Part shown: positions 63,412 to 64,000 of the stretch, one piece after another
Position numbering within the stretch: the stretch's first letter is position 1
How the letters are laid out: every line of letters starts with the position of its first letter
Source of the DNA: Octopus sinensis
Taxonomy: Eukaryota
Assembly: GCF_006345805.1 (NCBI RefSeq)
Contig: NC_043005.1
Coordinates: 64,046,001 to 64,110,000 of the forward strand
Length of the DNA: 64,000 nucleotides
Direction of reading: 5' to 3'
The notes under the pieces: model-generated
What the model saw: the letters and a program-made list of their open reading frames with translations, nothing else
Databases searched by the model: none
Told to the model about the DNA's origin: nothing
Made by a program: the position numbers and the translations under genes

Positions 63412-63628
63412 GCGGGTAGCTGGCCGAATCGTTAGCACGCCGGACAAAATGTTTAGCAGGATTAGGTCCACCTTGATGTTCCGAGTTCAAATTCTGCCGA
63501 GGTTGGATTTGCCTTTCAACATTTCGTGATCAAGGAAATAAGTACAACTTGAACACTAGGGTCGATGTAAGCGACCAGCCCCCACCCTCAATACTTCAGG
63601 CTCTTGAATCTATAATAGAGAGGAATAT
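63412..63628 (+). mobile_element. SINE family C, older copy
   Basis: Diverged match to 61934-62168. Further decayed copies near 1113-1295, 23620-23790, 24770-24940 and 47710-47990. Confidence 0.8.
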
Positions 63629-63758
63629 ATAAAATTACGATTATGTAACTATTTTGAAAAACTTCTGATGTGAAATTGTGTATTGAAACAAATATCGTTA
63701 TATTTCGGGACGGTCATTTTTTTCCCTTTTGTCAATTAAACACGCACTATATATTCGT

Positions 63759-64000
63759 TCTTCACTTCAGATTGGTTATAGTTCCTATTTTATGTCCTTT
63801 GTCTAGAAAGCTTTCGTCACACATTCGGTGACCTCTTCAGCCACACTCCATCCCGCGTGTCTTGTCCTATTCTGCTTAGTCCATCAGAACAAGAGAAGAC
63901 ACGCAGGATGGAGAGTCGCTGAAGAGGTCACAGGCTGTGTGACGAAAGATTTCCAGACAAATGGCATAAAATCAGAACAATAATACATTTGAAGTGAAGA
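63759..64000. repeat. Long imperfect inverted repeat, each arm carrying a hammerhead-like core
   Basis: 63759-63866 aligns to the reverse complement of 63893-64000; each arm has CTGAAGA-G-GTCAC(7 nt)GTGAC-GAAAG. Runs off the window end. Confidence 0.85.

Overview
AT-rich, repeat-dominated eukaryotic DNA with no host protein-coding gene that I can support, so most likely a large intron or intergenic region. The SINE families and the extreme (TA)n/(TG)n/(GATA)n/(TATG)n load resemble an octopus (coleoid cephalopod) genome; this is inferred from recalled repeat families, not from a search. DNA transposons: one full-length but mutated mariner (11785-13081, TIRs plus TA duplication), several older mariner, Tc1, hAT and Chapaev-like transposase fossils, two MITEs, and a Helitron-like element with internal tandem repeats. 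Retroelements: more than 20 tRNA-derived SINE copies from several modular families, several with clean target-site duplications, and 3' ends of a restriction-like-endonuclease (R4/Dong-type) LINE embedded in (TATG)n. There is also a 627-bp tandem duplication. The most notable signal is at least 8 type-I hammerhead-ribozyme-like motifs from about 5 unrelated repeat families (Penelope/retrozyme-like), on both strands. They include one with a long stem-II insertion, a CUGUYGA core variant, and an inverted pair forming a long hairpin at the window end. Several fold-back palindromes are also present. Almost all ORFs in the supplied track are microsatellite or transposon artefacts.
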